Source: a virus. Taken from it: DNA of 64,000 nucleotides. The position numbers were made by a program, and so were the translations under genes. The stretch spans positions 26,335-90,334 of the IMG/VR virus record IMGVR_UViG_3300044640_001517. The stretch is one strand, 5' to 3'. The notes below the pieces were generated by a model. The model was not told the origin of the DNA. It did not search any database and was given only the letters and a program-made list of their open reading frames with translations. Shown in pieces: positions 1-9,527 of the stretch (its first letter is position 1; each line of letters opens with the position of its first letter).

Positions 1-500
1 CCAACTGTCTTAAAGTCGCGGAACATACGCACACCGTCACCCTTACGGCGAACACGCATGTCAAGTTTGCCTTGCAGTTCTACCTCACCGTCGAACATCG
101 GCATTGAGATGATCTCTTCAGTTGAGATCATTTCAAGCTCTGCATCAATGCCGTTTTCATCTACCCACTGCAGATAACCTTCGAGCATGATACGACCGAG
201 CTCGGCTTCGCTGTCGAGATCCATTGTGTCGCGGTATGTGTCAATTAGCAGTTGCTTGTCTTTCTTGACAAGTTCCGCGTGTGCCTCAAGCAGTGGAACA
301 CCTTGGCCGTAGTACGCATCAAGCGCGCCGTGGATACGTGTACCAAGCGCAAGCGCGCCTGTCATGTTCTGTGATTTTGGTTGAAGTCGACGATAGTAGT
401 TCAACCACCACTTACGACGACAGTCTTTGAATGTTTGGATCTCCGAGTTTGAGATCTTGATTGGTCGCGGTGTAATCGCTACCGGAACTGACATGTCCAC
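1..500 (-). CDS. PD-(D/E)XK (RecB/Cas4-like) exonuclease, runs off the window edge
   Basis: Manual translation from GTG 500 or ATG 494: ...ISNSEIQTFKDCRRKWWLNYYRRL...ALGTRIHGALDAYY...LQGKLDMRVRRKGDGVRMFRDFKT. PDDEXK_1-type N-terminus and D...DFK motif. Start overlaps the helicase stop (TAGTG). Confidence 0.8.
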   Translation of the reverse strand, partial: MDMSVPVAITPRPIKISNSEIQTFKDCRRKWWLNYYRRLQPKSQNMTGALALGTRIHGALDAYYGQGVPLLEAHAELVKKDKQLLIDTYRDTMDLDSEAELGRIMLEGYLQWVDENGIDAELEMISTEEIISMPMFDGEVELQGKLDMRVRRKGDGVRMFRDFKTV

Positions 501-2293
501 TATGAACCTGCTTTCTCTGTCTTGAGCATGGCAAGCAATTGATCCTTATCGCGAACGATCTGTTCAAAGTTGTCTGCTTTTGTGTCGAGTACGTCGATGA
601 CGCGCTCCTCTATTGTTCCCTCAGTGACATAGTCCATGATCACGATTGAGTCATGGATTTCGCTGCCGATGCGGTGAACGCGATCCATCGCCTGCTTGTG
701 ATCCACAAGAGACCACGGACGTTGGAGCATTACCAATCTGCGCGCGGCTGTGAGCGTGATTCCAACGCCACCTGCCTGTGCGGTAAACAAGACCCACTTG
801 ATCTTGCCTGACTGGAAATCATCTACCGCCTTCTGACGTTCGTCTTCGTCTTGGGCGCCGGTAATAAGACCGTGCGGGATCTTTGCCTTTGTCATTTCTT
901 TGCTGAGCAACTCAATTAGCTGACGCGACACCGCGCAGACAGCGACTGAATCATCTCCAAAGTCACCGCTCGCAATATCGTCCATAAGCGCGTCAACCTT
1001 GCATGATGGACCGACAAGACGCACTTGGCTTTCGCCCGTAATCTCATCAACCTGCATCTCTGCAAACGAACTCGCAAACTGTAGTAGGCGTGTTGTCTGC
1101 GTGAGTGGACTTGGCGCAGTTACCGCAGATCCACCTTCAAGTTCTGCGATCATAAGATCACGCATCTGGTCATACGCTTTCTTCTGTTTTGATGACATCT
1201 CAATGTCGCGGCGTTCCTTGAGTACAGGCGGAAGCCACGGAAGCACGCGTGCCTTAAGCATTCTGCGCATACGAGGATTTATCGCGGCATAGAATTCTTC
1301 GTTCATGTGAGGCTTTACGCCGATCACAATCATTCCGCCAAACGCGTTGAGCATTGTGTCAACCATGCGATCGATCCAGCGTGTCTTACTTGGCCACTCA
1401 CTTGGTGACAACCAGTGAAGGATTGGCCAGAGGTCAAGAACGTTGTTTGCGATCGGTGTTCCAGTGAGCGCAAAGCGAACGTCTGCATCGCCTGTTGCCG
1501 CCCATAGTGCACGCGTCTGCTTTGACTTTGGATCTTTAGAGCGGTGAATCTCGTCAGCAACAACAACCTTGAAGTCGATACCGTTGAGTTCACGCTTGTG
1601 GATCTCACAACGATTTTCACTTACTTTTTCGTCGTGGCCACCGCAATCAGTGCAACGTGCTAGTGCAACAGAGCCATAAGGCGCCAGTCGCGAGTGTGAG
1701 CGCAATGACTCCCAGTTGATTACGTATACATCAGCCTCTGTATCGAATTGCTTGCGGCGTTGACCTGCTGAACCTTTGATGACCTGGACGCGAACGCCAG
1801 GCCACCACATCTTAAACTCACGTTCCCAGTTTTTCTTGAGCGTGTTAGGGCAAACAACCAAGGCAGGAAATACTTCTTCAGTCTCTGACAGTTTCTTAAT
1901 TGCACGAATTGTCTGTGCTGTCTTACCAAGACCTGGTTCATCGGCGAGCAACGCGCGACGTGCAGTTGACAAGAACGCAACGCCGGCGCGCTGATGAGGA
2001 AACAGATCTTCATCGCCTTCAAAGGTGTCAAGATCACGTAGGGCGTTCGCCGGCGAGATTCTCGTTGCGAGTTCATTTGCGGCCCACGCCGACAGTTTTG
2101 GTCCAATTACAAGATCTGACCTAAATACCGATCGAAGTGCGAGGCACGATGACCAGCCCAGTGGCACGCGCCACGCTTGATCCGATGCTGACCATGTCGC
2201 ACCTGGGATACTCTTGCATAATTCCTTAAAACGCCACTCTGTTTCAATACGGATGTGTTCTCCCGTACTGTTAAGATCTACATTTACTGGCAC
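500..2293 (-). CDS. SNF2-family (SMARCAL1/HARP-like) helicase
   Basis: LLADEPGLGKT Walker A, DEIH, ALTGTP, GGVGITLT, QAMDRVHRIG; HARP-like N-terminus (IPGATWSASDQAWRVP). Confidence 0.9.
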   Translation of the reverse strand: MPVNVDLNSTGEHIRIETEWRFKELCKSIPGATWSASDQAWRVPLGWSSCLALRSVFRSDLVIGPKLSAWAANELATRISPANALRDLDTFEGDEDLFPHQRAGVAFLSTARRALLADEPGLGKTAQTIRAIKKLSETEEVFPALVVCPNTLKKNWEREFKMWWPGVRVQVIKGSAGQRRKQFDTEADVYVINWESLRSHSRLAPYGSVALARCTDCGGHDEKVSENRCEIHKRELNGIDFKVVVADEIHRSKDPKSKQTRALWAATGDADVRFALTGTPIANNVLDLWPILHWLSPSEWPSKTRWIDRMVDTMLNAFGGMIVIGVKPHMNEEFYAAINPRMRRMLKARVLPWLPPVLKERRDIEMSSKQKKAYDQMRDLMIAELEGGSAVTAPSPLTQTTRLLQFASSFAEMQVDEITGESQVRLVGPSCKVDALMDDIASGDFGDDSVAVCAVSRQLIELLSKEMTKAKIPHGLITGAQDEDERQKAVDDFQSGKIKWVLFTAQAGGVGITLTAARRLVMLQRPWSLVDHKQAMDRVHRIGSEIHDSIVIMDYVTEGTIEERVIDVLDTKADNFEQIVRDKDQLLAMLKTEKAGS

Positions 2294-2385
2294 GTATCAA
2301 ATTCCTTTTGTCGTTGCGTAGGTGTCACTATACCATATACTAAGTCAAAATTGCATTAGTTTTGGATAATTCTTTCTTAGTATTT

Positions 2386-2850
2386 TTATTGGAGCAGTCT
2401 TCGGGGTGTCCAGCCCTTTTTAGCAAGATAAAGCAGCCCGTGGCGGATTGCATCAAGGGCGTGACCTTCCCCGCCTTTATGCCAGTAGTCAAGCTTCTTG
2501 AGCGCCTCGTTTGGGAACATTCTCTTGGCGTCTACAGGACTTTGAAGCACAATCGACTCTGGACTTGCGCAGGTGGATTCACGCGCAAGATGCTTGAGAA
2601 CGCCGATCTGCTCGAGTGAGTACGGTGCCTGCGAGTTCTTTGCGGTCTGCGCCGTGATAGTAAATCGCTCACAGGCGATCTCGAGATCTACCCGAGCATC
2701 AAGTGCCATGTCAAGTCCACGACGAACCGCGGTTGCAAACTCGTCTGCTTGGTATTCACCCGACCAAAGAAGCTCTGGCTCGCCATCTGAAAATGAAAAT
2801 AGACAGATACCGCTGGCTTTACCAGGATCTACTGCAAGGATCAATCTCAT
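2386..2850 (-). CDS. RuvC-like Holliday junction resolvase
   Basis: ILAVDPGKASG N-terminus, conserved E (ACERF), C-terminal HALDA. Confidence 0.75.
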   Translation of the reverse strand: MRLILAVDPGKASGICLFSFSDGEPELLWSGEYQADEFATAVRRGLDMALDARVDLEIACERFTITAQTAKNSQAPYSLEQIGVLKHLARESTCASPESIVLQSPVDAKRMFPNEALKKLDYWHKGGEGHALDAIRHGLLYLAKKGWTPRRLLQ

Positions 2851-4673
2851 AGGTACTTATCTCCCCAACACTCAAGCGGACCGTCAACGTCTGCTGTTAA
2901 TGGAACTGCCCAACCTTCACGCGTTGTCATGCACTCGCGAACAAGTTTCTTGATCTCTTCGGCGTCCTTACGCGGAGCATTGAGCACAATTTCGTCGTGC
3001 ACCGGAACGATAAGAAGTTCCGTGAGATCTGCTTGATCGAGTTTTACAAGGTTGCTCTTGAATACCTCGGCCGCGCCGCCTTGAATCAGATAGTTGACAA
3101 GTGTATACACACGGCCATCGTCACATGGAAGACGTCGTCCGGTCCAGGTGTATACATATCCCTGTCCCTCGGACTTAAATCTACGCATGCCAACGTCTTC
3201 AATCTGACGTTGGAAGTGACTCATTCCTGGGAATCGCGAGTCAAACGCGTCAGACACTGACTTCATCTGTCCCTCAAGCACGCCGGCGGTGATCGCCTGC
3301 TTTGCAACACCTGCGCCGTATAGGCGACCGTAGACCATGCTCTTGATGAGGTTACGACGTTTATCAGACTTCTTCATCGTTGGATCTTCGTACACCTCGC
3401 GACCAATCTCCGTAAACGGATCTGATCCTGTAGCGTCAGCAAGATGAAACAGGTTTACAAGGTTTTGATCTTGTGAGAGACTTGCAAACATGCGGAACTC
3501 AACCTGATCGAGGTCCGAGGTGATGATTACATGGTCCTCGTCTTTTGGAATAAACGCGCGACGAACGACGTCATCGCCTTTTGGCAACGTTTGAAGTGCT
3601 GGGCTTGTAATCGACATGCGACTAGTACGAGCACCGAGAGTACGGACAGACGGATGAACCACGCCGTCAATAGACTCAGTAAGGAAGTTCGAGAAGTATG
3701 TGTTGGCAAGTTTGTCGGCCTTTCGTTGTTTAAGTACTGTGTCAGCGAGGTTCTTTACCTCGTCATTTCCGTCACGGAGAAGAATCTTTAGCTGATCCTT
3801 TGTGCAGGACTTCTGTCCTGTCGGCGTATACTCCGTGATCTCTGCGCCGAGACTTTCAAATAAACGTACAAGTTGAACGTTACTTGTGATTGACGTTCCG
3901 CTATAGGTTTGCTTTGCCCACGCCTTAACCTTCTCGGTATACGCAGTGAGTTCGTCAAACTTTTGCTTAGAGTAGTCGAGGTTTACACGTGCTCCATTCA
4001 ACTCCATGCGCGTCACAATTTTGCGCGTCGCCATCTCGAGTTCATACGCTTTTTGGTACGGACCATCAGGACCGCACTGCTTGTAGAACAACTCCCAGAG
4101 ACGGGTTGTTAGCACACAGTCAAGCGCACCGTATGACCAATATGGTTGAAAGTTTGTTGGCACAGTTCCCCATGTCCAACCGTTCTTTGCAAGCTCAACG
4201 TCGAGTGTTTCCTGTAACGCAACCGCACGACTGTCAACATGCAATGCTGCAAGACGTTTTAGCGCGCCTGATCCTAGTGGATCGATGACGTGCGCCATAA
4301 TCATTGTGTCATGCGCGCGGTGCCAAGGCATCTCCCAACGTGACTTGACAGCGAACCAACGAGCCTCAAACGCGATGTTGTGGCAGATGATCGGGCCGTC
4401 AAACTTATCCATCGCTTCATAAAATACGCCGCCCCACTCGTTCCACGGAATTGACCAACCCTGTTCACCGTCGCCAACCTGCACAAGACGAAGTTGACCG
4501 TGCCACGGAGAGAACGCATGTTCACGCGGATTACCTGGAAGTTCTCCTGTTTCAGTGTCAATTGAGATCGCGTCATACGGACGACGTTGACCTAGCCAAT
4601 GAATGAAATCGTTGGCCTTCTGTGCTGAGTCAACGAGATGTAACTGAACATCTGAAAGATTATTGGTTGTCAT
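2847..4673 (-). CDS. polA: Family A DNA polymerase with 3'-5' exonuclease domain
   Basis: Exo motifs DTET, HNIAFE, YGALD; polymerase motif A DLDQVEFR, motif B KSMVYGRLYG, motif C VHDE. Confidence 0.95.
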   Translation of the reverse strand: MTTNNLSDVQLHLVDSAQKANDFIHWLGQRRPYDAISIDTETGELPGNPREHAFSPWHGQLRLVQVGDGEQGWSIPWNEWGGVFYEAMDKFDGPIICHNIAFEARWFAVKSRWEMPWHRAHDTMIMAHVIDPLGSGALKRLAALHVDSRAVALQETLDVELAKNGWTWGTVPTNFQPYWSYGALDCVLTTRLWELFYKQCGPDGPYQKAYELEMATRKIVTRMELNGARVNLDYSKQKFDELTAYTEKVKAWAKQTYSGTSITSNVQLVRLFESLGAEITEYTPTGQKSCTKDQLKILLRDGNDEVKNLADTVLKQRKADKLANTYFSNFLTESIDGVVHPSVRTLGARTSRMSITSPALQTLPKGDDVVRRAFIPKDEDHVIITSDLDQVEFRMFASLSQDQNLVNLFHLADATGSDPFTEIGREVYEDPTMKKSDKRRNLIKSMVYGRLYGAGVAKQAITAGVLEGQMKSVSDAFDSRFPGMSHFQRQIEDVGMRRFKSEGQGYVYTWTGRRLPCDDGRVYTLVNYLIQGGAAEVFKSNLVKLDQADLTELLIVPVHDEIVLNAPRKDAEEIKKLVRECMTTREGWAVPLTADVDGPLECWGDKYL

Positions 4674-5170
4674 AGATATGTCGTTCCTTGAGGCGTGTCT
4701 CTGTCGATTGTTGTTACGAGTATTCCGCAGTTCCTGAGATATGTAACTGATGTCTCAGGATTGCGATGCGCGTCCACTCCGCCTATTCTACATACAACTC
4801 GCTTGATTCCTGAGTTTGATATGAGCTTTGCACATTGCATACACGGAGGGCTGCTAATGTAGATAGTTCCACCCTCGCTCAACGAGCGATCTACATACAA
4901 AAGTGCGTTTGCCTCGGCGTGGATCGCAGGGCAGGCATCATACATATTGTCAAGTGGTGCAACGCCTTTTGCGCGATCGCACCAGTTGATGCACTCACCA
5001 GACTCTGGCCAACTTGCGGCAGGTCCATTGTAGCCTGTTGCGACGATGTGCTGATCGTGCGAAACAATTGCAGCACCCATCTGTGCACGGGTACAGCGTG
5101 ATCGTTTTGCTACGGCGTCAACGACCGCAAGCCAGGTATCGTCCCAAGACGGACGATTGTCACTTGCCAT
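4670..5170 (-). CDS. dCMP deaminase
   Basis: RPSWDD N-terminus, ATGYNG, HAEANA and PCMQC zinc motifs. Likely start is ATG 5170 rather than the longer ORF start. Confidence 0.9.
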   Translation of the reverse strand: MASDNRPSWDDTWLAVVDAVAKRSRCTRAQMGAAIVSHDQHIVATGYNGPAASWPESGECINWCDRAKGVAPLDNMYDACPAIHAEANALLYVDRSLSEGGTIYISSPPCMQCAKLISNSGIKRVVCRIGGVDAHRNPETSVTYLRNCGILVTTIDRDTPQGTTYL

Positions 5171-5336
5171 TCTGTTCCCTGTGGTTATTTGCCTCGTTGA
5201 TTGTTCCGGCCATGATCCGAGCAAGTAGCTCAATCGCGTCGCGTCGTGAGAACCCAGCTGCCTTGAGCGTGATAAACAACTCATGCATGCTGATGGCCGC
5301 GTCTTTCATCGGTGAGTTGTACTCGTCTTTTGCCAC
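5160..5336 (-). CDS. Small hypothetical protein (58 aa)
   Basis: Manual translation VAKDEYNSPMKDAAISMHELFITLKAAGFSRRDAIELLARIM...; fills the gap between the flanking genes with tight spacing. Confidence 0.65.
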   Translation of the reverse strand: MAKDEYNSPMKDAAISMHELFITLKAAGFSRRDAIELLARIMAGTINEANNHREQNGK

Positions 5337-5337
5337 T

Positions 5338-6198
5338 TTATTGTTCTTTCTTCTTGTTGTTCTCGATCGCCTTTGCCATAACGTCTGTGTACCAACGTTC
5401 GGCAGGAGTTAGACGATCGCGAAGTTCTGTCTGATACACAGCCTTGAGTGCGATCAGCGCAGACGATTCAACCTCGCGCCACGTACGACCTGTGATCTCT
5501 GGGTTCGCCTCGACCTTGTCTGTATACTTGAGTCCTTCCGCGGCTTCGTAGTGATCTGCGTAGATATGCAATGATCCAACGTGATGTGAATATGTACCCG
5601 GTTCGATCTGCAAAATAGAACAGATCGCAAGCTGCGCACGTGAGAACTGAAAGAAATCGTAAGCTGCGCCAAGCCACACATCGTTTGATCGCATGTACAC
5701 ACTCATGTTGAGCTTGTTCTTGCGGATACGGAACTGGTGTAGCACTGTGCACGGATAGTCACGCTTGTTTTCTTGTGTATCGAGCTGTGGACTCCACATT
5801 GTGATTACGCCCTGACGGGTATCTGGGTCGCGCTTGAGACGCTCGATGATGATCTCATATTGACCTTTTGTCCGCGTACCGTATGAGCCGTGGAACATTC
5901 CGTCATCTTCGATGTAGTTCTTAAACTGTGGGCCGATGTCAATTACGAGTTCAGGAATACTTACGCCTGAGAGCAACTGCAGCGCCTCAACAGCACCGAT
6001 ACCTGAGACGGGGTTACGGTTCACATTGAGTGGAAGTGCCGCACGAATATCGTGGATATGAATTGTCGCGTCTTCAATCTCACGCGTCTTCATTCCACGA
6101 GGTGCAACCTCTTCGCCATGCTTAAGAACATGCTGGACAAGATCAACATAGCCGTTTACGCCGTCTTGAATCTCAATTGTCTTTATGGAAGTATCCAC
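5338..6198 (-). CDS. Thymidylate synthase superfamily protein, Asp-type (dCMP methyl/hydroxymethyl transferase-like)
   Basis: Catalytic PC (DYPCT), MRSNDVWLGAAYD, HHVGSLHIY. Confidence 0.85.
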   Translation of the reverse strand: MDTSIKTIEIQDGVNGYVDLVQHVLKHGEEVAPRGMKTREIEDATIHIHDIRAALPLNVNRNPVSGIGAVEALQLLSGVSIPELVIDIGPQFKNYIEDDGMFHGSYGTRTKGQYEIIIERLKRDPDTRQGVITMWSPQLDTQENKRDYPCTVLHQFRIRKNKLNMSVYMRSNDVWLGAAYDFFQFSRAQLAICSILQIEPGTYSHHVGSLHIYADHYEAAEGLKYTDKVEANPEITGRTWREVESSALIALKAVYQTELRDRLTPAERWYTDVMAKAIENNKKKEQ

Positions 6199-7181
6199 GG
6201 GTCTCCTTCTGTAGTTTCTTTATTTGCAAATCTTTCAAGTGCAAGTCCGTACTCTACCCGGTCATGGTGATGAAACCGGCGAACATACTGCGGGTGAGGT
6301 GCAACGACAATGTCTGCAGAACTTACTCCAGAGCGGAGTAGACGCTTCTCGGCCATTCGACCAAGCGCGACAATCTGCGGCTGCCCCAGTGCCATCCACA
6401 GTTCAATGAATCTCATGTTCTTGACGTCATCAGAGTTTACAACTCCTACCTCACGCCAGAGTGTCTCGGGTAGCGCCGATAATAGGTAGTCGCCAGAGTT
6501 TCCGTTATACGGCATGAACGGAAGTATTGTGCCGTCTTTGTTGATGCGATCATCGCCAACGAGGAGAGCCTTTGGCTTTACAGCTCCGATGTACTCTGGA
6601 AACTCGCGGAGAAACTCAGCGGCATATACCCGCTTTGTCGCGATCTCGATGAGCGCGGCTGCAAGATTCGGTATCTCGTCCATGCTGTCCGGCTGCGGCG
6701 TAATTGTTCCGGCAAGACCGTGGGTAGATTTAGCAGCTGTCGCGTATAGCCCAATGATTGTTTCCAGATCTTGTTCAGTTACATAGTCATCGCCACGCCC
6801 TCTCAGACGCATCTGGATGACATCTAAGGGCTGGTAAAGCCAGAATTGGGATACTCCACGGGACGCCAAAACCATCTCAACCCAACGCCACCCAGGGATA
6901 CCAAGCAGTCCGTAGTTATCGTTTATACAGGTGTGAGGACGCTTGAGCGGTGCATATGTCGCCTCGCCCCAGTGCCAGCGATCCGCCACCCAGTATTCAT
7001 TTAAGAAGTCAGTATTTTCAATGCTGGCGCCGTACTCGTTTAGCACCCAAAGGCGAGATTCTTCTTGGGGACGACCTTGATGAATTGTGCGCACAGGTCC
7101 GCGTTCTTCGAGCTGTCGCGCAATCTCTGCGCATAGAGAACTTTTTCCAGAGGCGTCTGTGCCTTCTACTGCGATAAACAT
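6183..7181 (-). CDS. dNMP (thymidylate-like) kinase fused to a uracil-DNA glycosylase-like domain
   Basis: N-terminal IAVEGTDASGKS P-loop and ADRW; C-terminal LLVGD...PF...SGDYL...IVALGRMA...PHPQY, matching the UDG-superfamily pattern. Confidence 0.75.
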   Translation of the reverse strand: MFIAVEGTDASGKSSLCAEIARQLEERGPVRTIHQGRPQEESRLWVLNEYGASIENTDFLNEYWVADRWHWGEATYAPLKRPHTCINDNYGLLGIPGWRWVEMVLASRGVSQFWLYQPLDVIQMRLRGRGDDYVTEQDLETIIGLYATAAKSTHGLAGTITPQPDSMDEIPNLAAALIEIATKRVYAAEFLREFPEYIGAVKPKALLVGDDRINKDGTILPFMPYNGNSGDYLLSALPETLWREVGVVNSDDVKNMRFIELWMALGQPQIVALGRMAEKRLLRSGVSSADIVVAPHPQYVRRFHHHDRVEYGLALERFANKETTEGDPWILP

Positions 7182-7236
7182 GTCTGTCGTCCTTTGGTCA
7201 TTGTGGGTACTACTATAACAATAAGTCGCCTTTGAT

Positions 7237-7722
7237 TTAGGGAATCATTTCTATTTTATAGATCGACTCAATTCCTTTATCTACCTGTGCAGATTCTTCA
7301 AGAAGTCTTTGCGCAACATTTGTTAGGTAGCGTGCGCCAGCATTGTCATACTTATACAGCGCCTCGAGCACAGCACCTGGATCTTCACTTACCTGCGCCC
7401 AGTAGCGATCTTTCTCTGGAAAGATAAGTCCAGCCTCGAGCCGTGGACCGCAGTCAGGGCAGGGCACAGCGTCTTGCTTGATCTCACTTGCTGGAATTTC
7501 TTGAAGACCGTATCGCTTAACTAGATGGCAGGCCGCGCCGTGAAAAGTAACGGATACGCCAACTCGAGAAAGTATGTACGCTCCGTTTTCTGTTCTATAT
7601 AGCTCGAATTCGATCCAGCGCGTAGAACCGCTCTTCCATGAAGACGATTTGCCTAGTAACTTTCCGTTAAACTGAAGCGTGCGTGAGCCATCTTTTACTT
7701 GAATCATTGGTCTATTTTCCAT
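7237..7722 (-). CDS. Hypothetical protein with CxxC
   Basis: 161-aa ORF co-oriented with neighbours; CPDC motif. Confidence 0.7.
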   Translation of the reverse strand: MENRPMIQVKDGSRTLQFNGKLLGKSSSWKSGSTRWIEFELYRTENGAYILSRVGVSVTFHGAACHLVKRYGLQEIPASEIKQDAVPCPDCGPRLEAGLIFPEKDRYWAQVSEDPGAVLEALYKYDNAGARYLTNVAQRLLEESAQVDKGIESIYKIEMIP

Positions 7723-7768
7723 CTCTGTGTGCTTGTGTCAATAATATCAACAACTAAAAATAATGATG

Positions 7769-7936
7769 TTACTTCTTCATCTGTGCAATTTGGTCTTGAA
7801 GTGTGCGGACTGTCGCCTTAAGAATAGCGTTATCTCTGGCGTAGTTTGCCACCTGAATACTTAGCTCGTTTATGATCAACATCGGGCTGAGATCAGAAGG
7901 TATATCTTGTGCTGTTATTGGTGCAGGATTGCTCAT
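7769..7936 (-). CDS. Small coiled-coil hypothetical protein (55 aa)
   Basis: MSNPAPITAQDIPSDLSPMLIINELSIQVANYARDNAILKATVRTLQDQIAQMKK; the ATG directly follows the oxygenase stop. Confidence 0.65.
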   Translation of the reverse strand: MSNPAPITAQDIPSDLSPMLIINELSIQVANYARDNAILKATVRTLQDQIAQMKK

Positions 7937-9319
7937 TTATATTCCGTTCGACGTTGACTCGATGTAGTTATACCAGCGAACAGCCGCGTATCGTGTGCCA
8001 GTGACAACGGGGTCTACGCGGTGCATGTTCTGAAATCCTGAACTAAACAAGACTATTTTTCCAGCCTCTCGCTTGATTGGTAGGTTGAAGTGTTGAAAAT
8101 GCAGATCTCCACCGGTGTAGTCATCGTTGAGAAGCGCAGATACTGATAAGACGCGCTGGAACTCAAAGCAATCATCAACGTGGTTATGAAATGATCCGCC
8201 ACGCTCGTACCTGGTGATCTGCCAGTTATATGACTTAAGTCGAGGCACGTTGTACATTGCCCTAAAGTCTTCGACCATCGGCGCGATACCGGCCTCGAGA
8301 CTTTCATACAGTCTTCGGATTGGATCGTGCGGATGGCAGCTTAGCTGCGTCTCATTGATGAACTTTACGTAGCAAGTTCGTGCATTATAGTTTACAGCAG
8401 CCTCACGCTTGTCATCGAGTACCTGTGCAGGCTCCCACTGACGAAAACATGAGTTTTGCGCAAGACCTCGAAGAAGATTGGCAGCTTCCTTTGTTGTCCT
8501 GTACGCGACAATTCCAGGTGCAAGAACCTCGCGGTCAACAATGGGTATATCAACAAGCTCAACCGGATCATCAACATAGTCACCAAGGATCTGGTCATAG
8601 AGAGACAAGACACCTGAGTACTCGTGACAACTGCATGTTGGCTGTTTTACTGGAGGATCTGGTAGAGGTATGTACCTGTTGCGATTGAAAAATCTAATGT
8701 CGCCGTCACTTCCATACCTTCCAATACTCTTTGGGCTTTTCTGAATCCAATGATCTGGACGGGTAAAGTGCAAGAAAAGAACAGTTGTAAACCGCTCTTT
8801 ACTCAATGTCGGGAACGGTGGTCGCGCGTGAATATGTTGTTGACCAGCAAATATAATAGCCTCGTTGTCGTGCTGCTCATATTCATTGCCTTCTACAATT
8901 AAGTTCCAGTTGGCTGTGTTCTCAATCGTGATGTCAATTGTTGTCTGTGTACCGTTCTGGTCAGTATGTGGCCATAGGTGCGGGACGCACCCGTCAACTG
9001 ACTGATATCTTGTTGCAAAGAAGTAGGCCTTCTTTAGCGAGTCATCATTGAACAACTCCCTGGCGCGTTTGATCATGTATTCTTCAATATCCTGCGAAAA
9101 TGACACAGGCGATTCCCAGCGGCCGATCATTGTGTGATACTGAAGTGGACCGCCCGGGCCCATCTTTAGGTTGTTTACAGTTTCTTTTACGCGAGCAAAC
9201 ATCTCGTCTGAAAAGAAAGACTTGATTACAACAGGCTCACTTATTAGTGGATCTGGAAGATCAAACTGAATTTGTCCGTTGCGCATGTTACCACTTGCCA
9301 AGTGGACATTTTGCTCCAA
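7937..9319 (-). CDS. Tandem double 2OG-Fe(II) oxygenase (prolyl 4-hydroxylase-like)
   Basis: Two HxD...H...R sets: PHTD...HIHARP and YERGGSFHNHVD...LNDDYTGGDL...HRVDPVVTGTRY. Confidence 0.85.
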   Translation of the reverse strand: MEQNVHLASGNMRNGQIQFDLPDPLISEPVVIKSFFSDEMFARVKETVNNLKMGPGGPLQYHTMIGRWESPVSFSQDIEEYMIKRARELFNDDSLKKAYFFATRYQSVDGCVPHLWPHTDQNGTQTTIDITIENTANWNLIVEGNEYEQHDNEAIIFAGQQHIHARPPFPTLSKERFTTVLFLHFTRPDHWIQKSPKSIGRYGSDGDIRFFNRNRYIPLPDPPVKQPTCSCHEYSGVLSLYDQILGDYVDDPVELVDIPIVDREVLAPGIVAYRTTKEAANLLRGLAQNSCFRQWEPAQVLDDKREAAVNYNARTCYVKFINETQLSCHPHDPIRRLYESLEAGIAPMVEDFRAMYNVPRLKSYNWQITRYERGGSFHNHVDDCFEFQRVLSVSALLNDDYTGGDLHFQHFNLPIKREAGKIVLFSSGFQNMHRVDPVVTGTRYAAVRWYNYIESTSNGI

Positions 9320-9527
9320 GAAGTTTGGTCTTCATGTTCATAAAACATCCGCATTCTCGGCATTGTTTTGTGAGTGTAATTAGACGGTCACATTGGACGC
9401 AGATATCCATACGAGAGTTAGAAAGGTCTTCATTTGCGCGTGGAACATGCGGATTAAAGAAATCAAGCGGAGTTACATTGTCTCCGTATTTCTCCTTAAA
9501 TTGCTCCCACCGTGACTTTGGCTTCAT
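9288..9527 (-). CDS. Small Cys-rich protein (DUF6171-like)
   Basis: RMDICVQC...QCRECGCFMNMKTKL..AKCPLGKW pattern. Confidence 0.7.
   Translation of the reverse strand: MKPKSRWEQFKEKYGDNVTPLDFFNPHVPRANEDLSNSRMDICVQCDRLITLTKQCRECGCFMNMKTKLLGAKCPLGKW

Noticed and set aside
1-500. Cas4-like nuclease as evidence of CRISPR-Cas
   Set aside because: No cas genes or array in the window; PD-(D/E)XK exonucleases are routine in phage replication modules.
2847-4673. Intein or intron in PolA, terminase or helicase
   Set aside because: Lengths are normal, motifs are contiguous, and no intein splice-junction or homing endonuclease signatures were seen.
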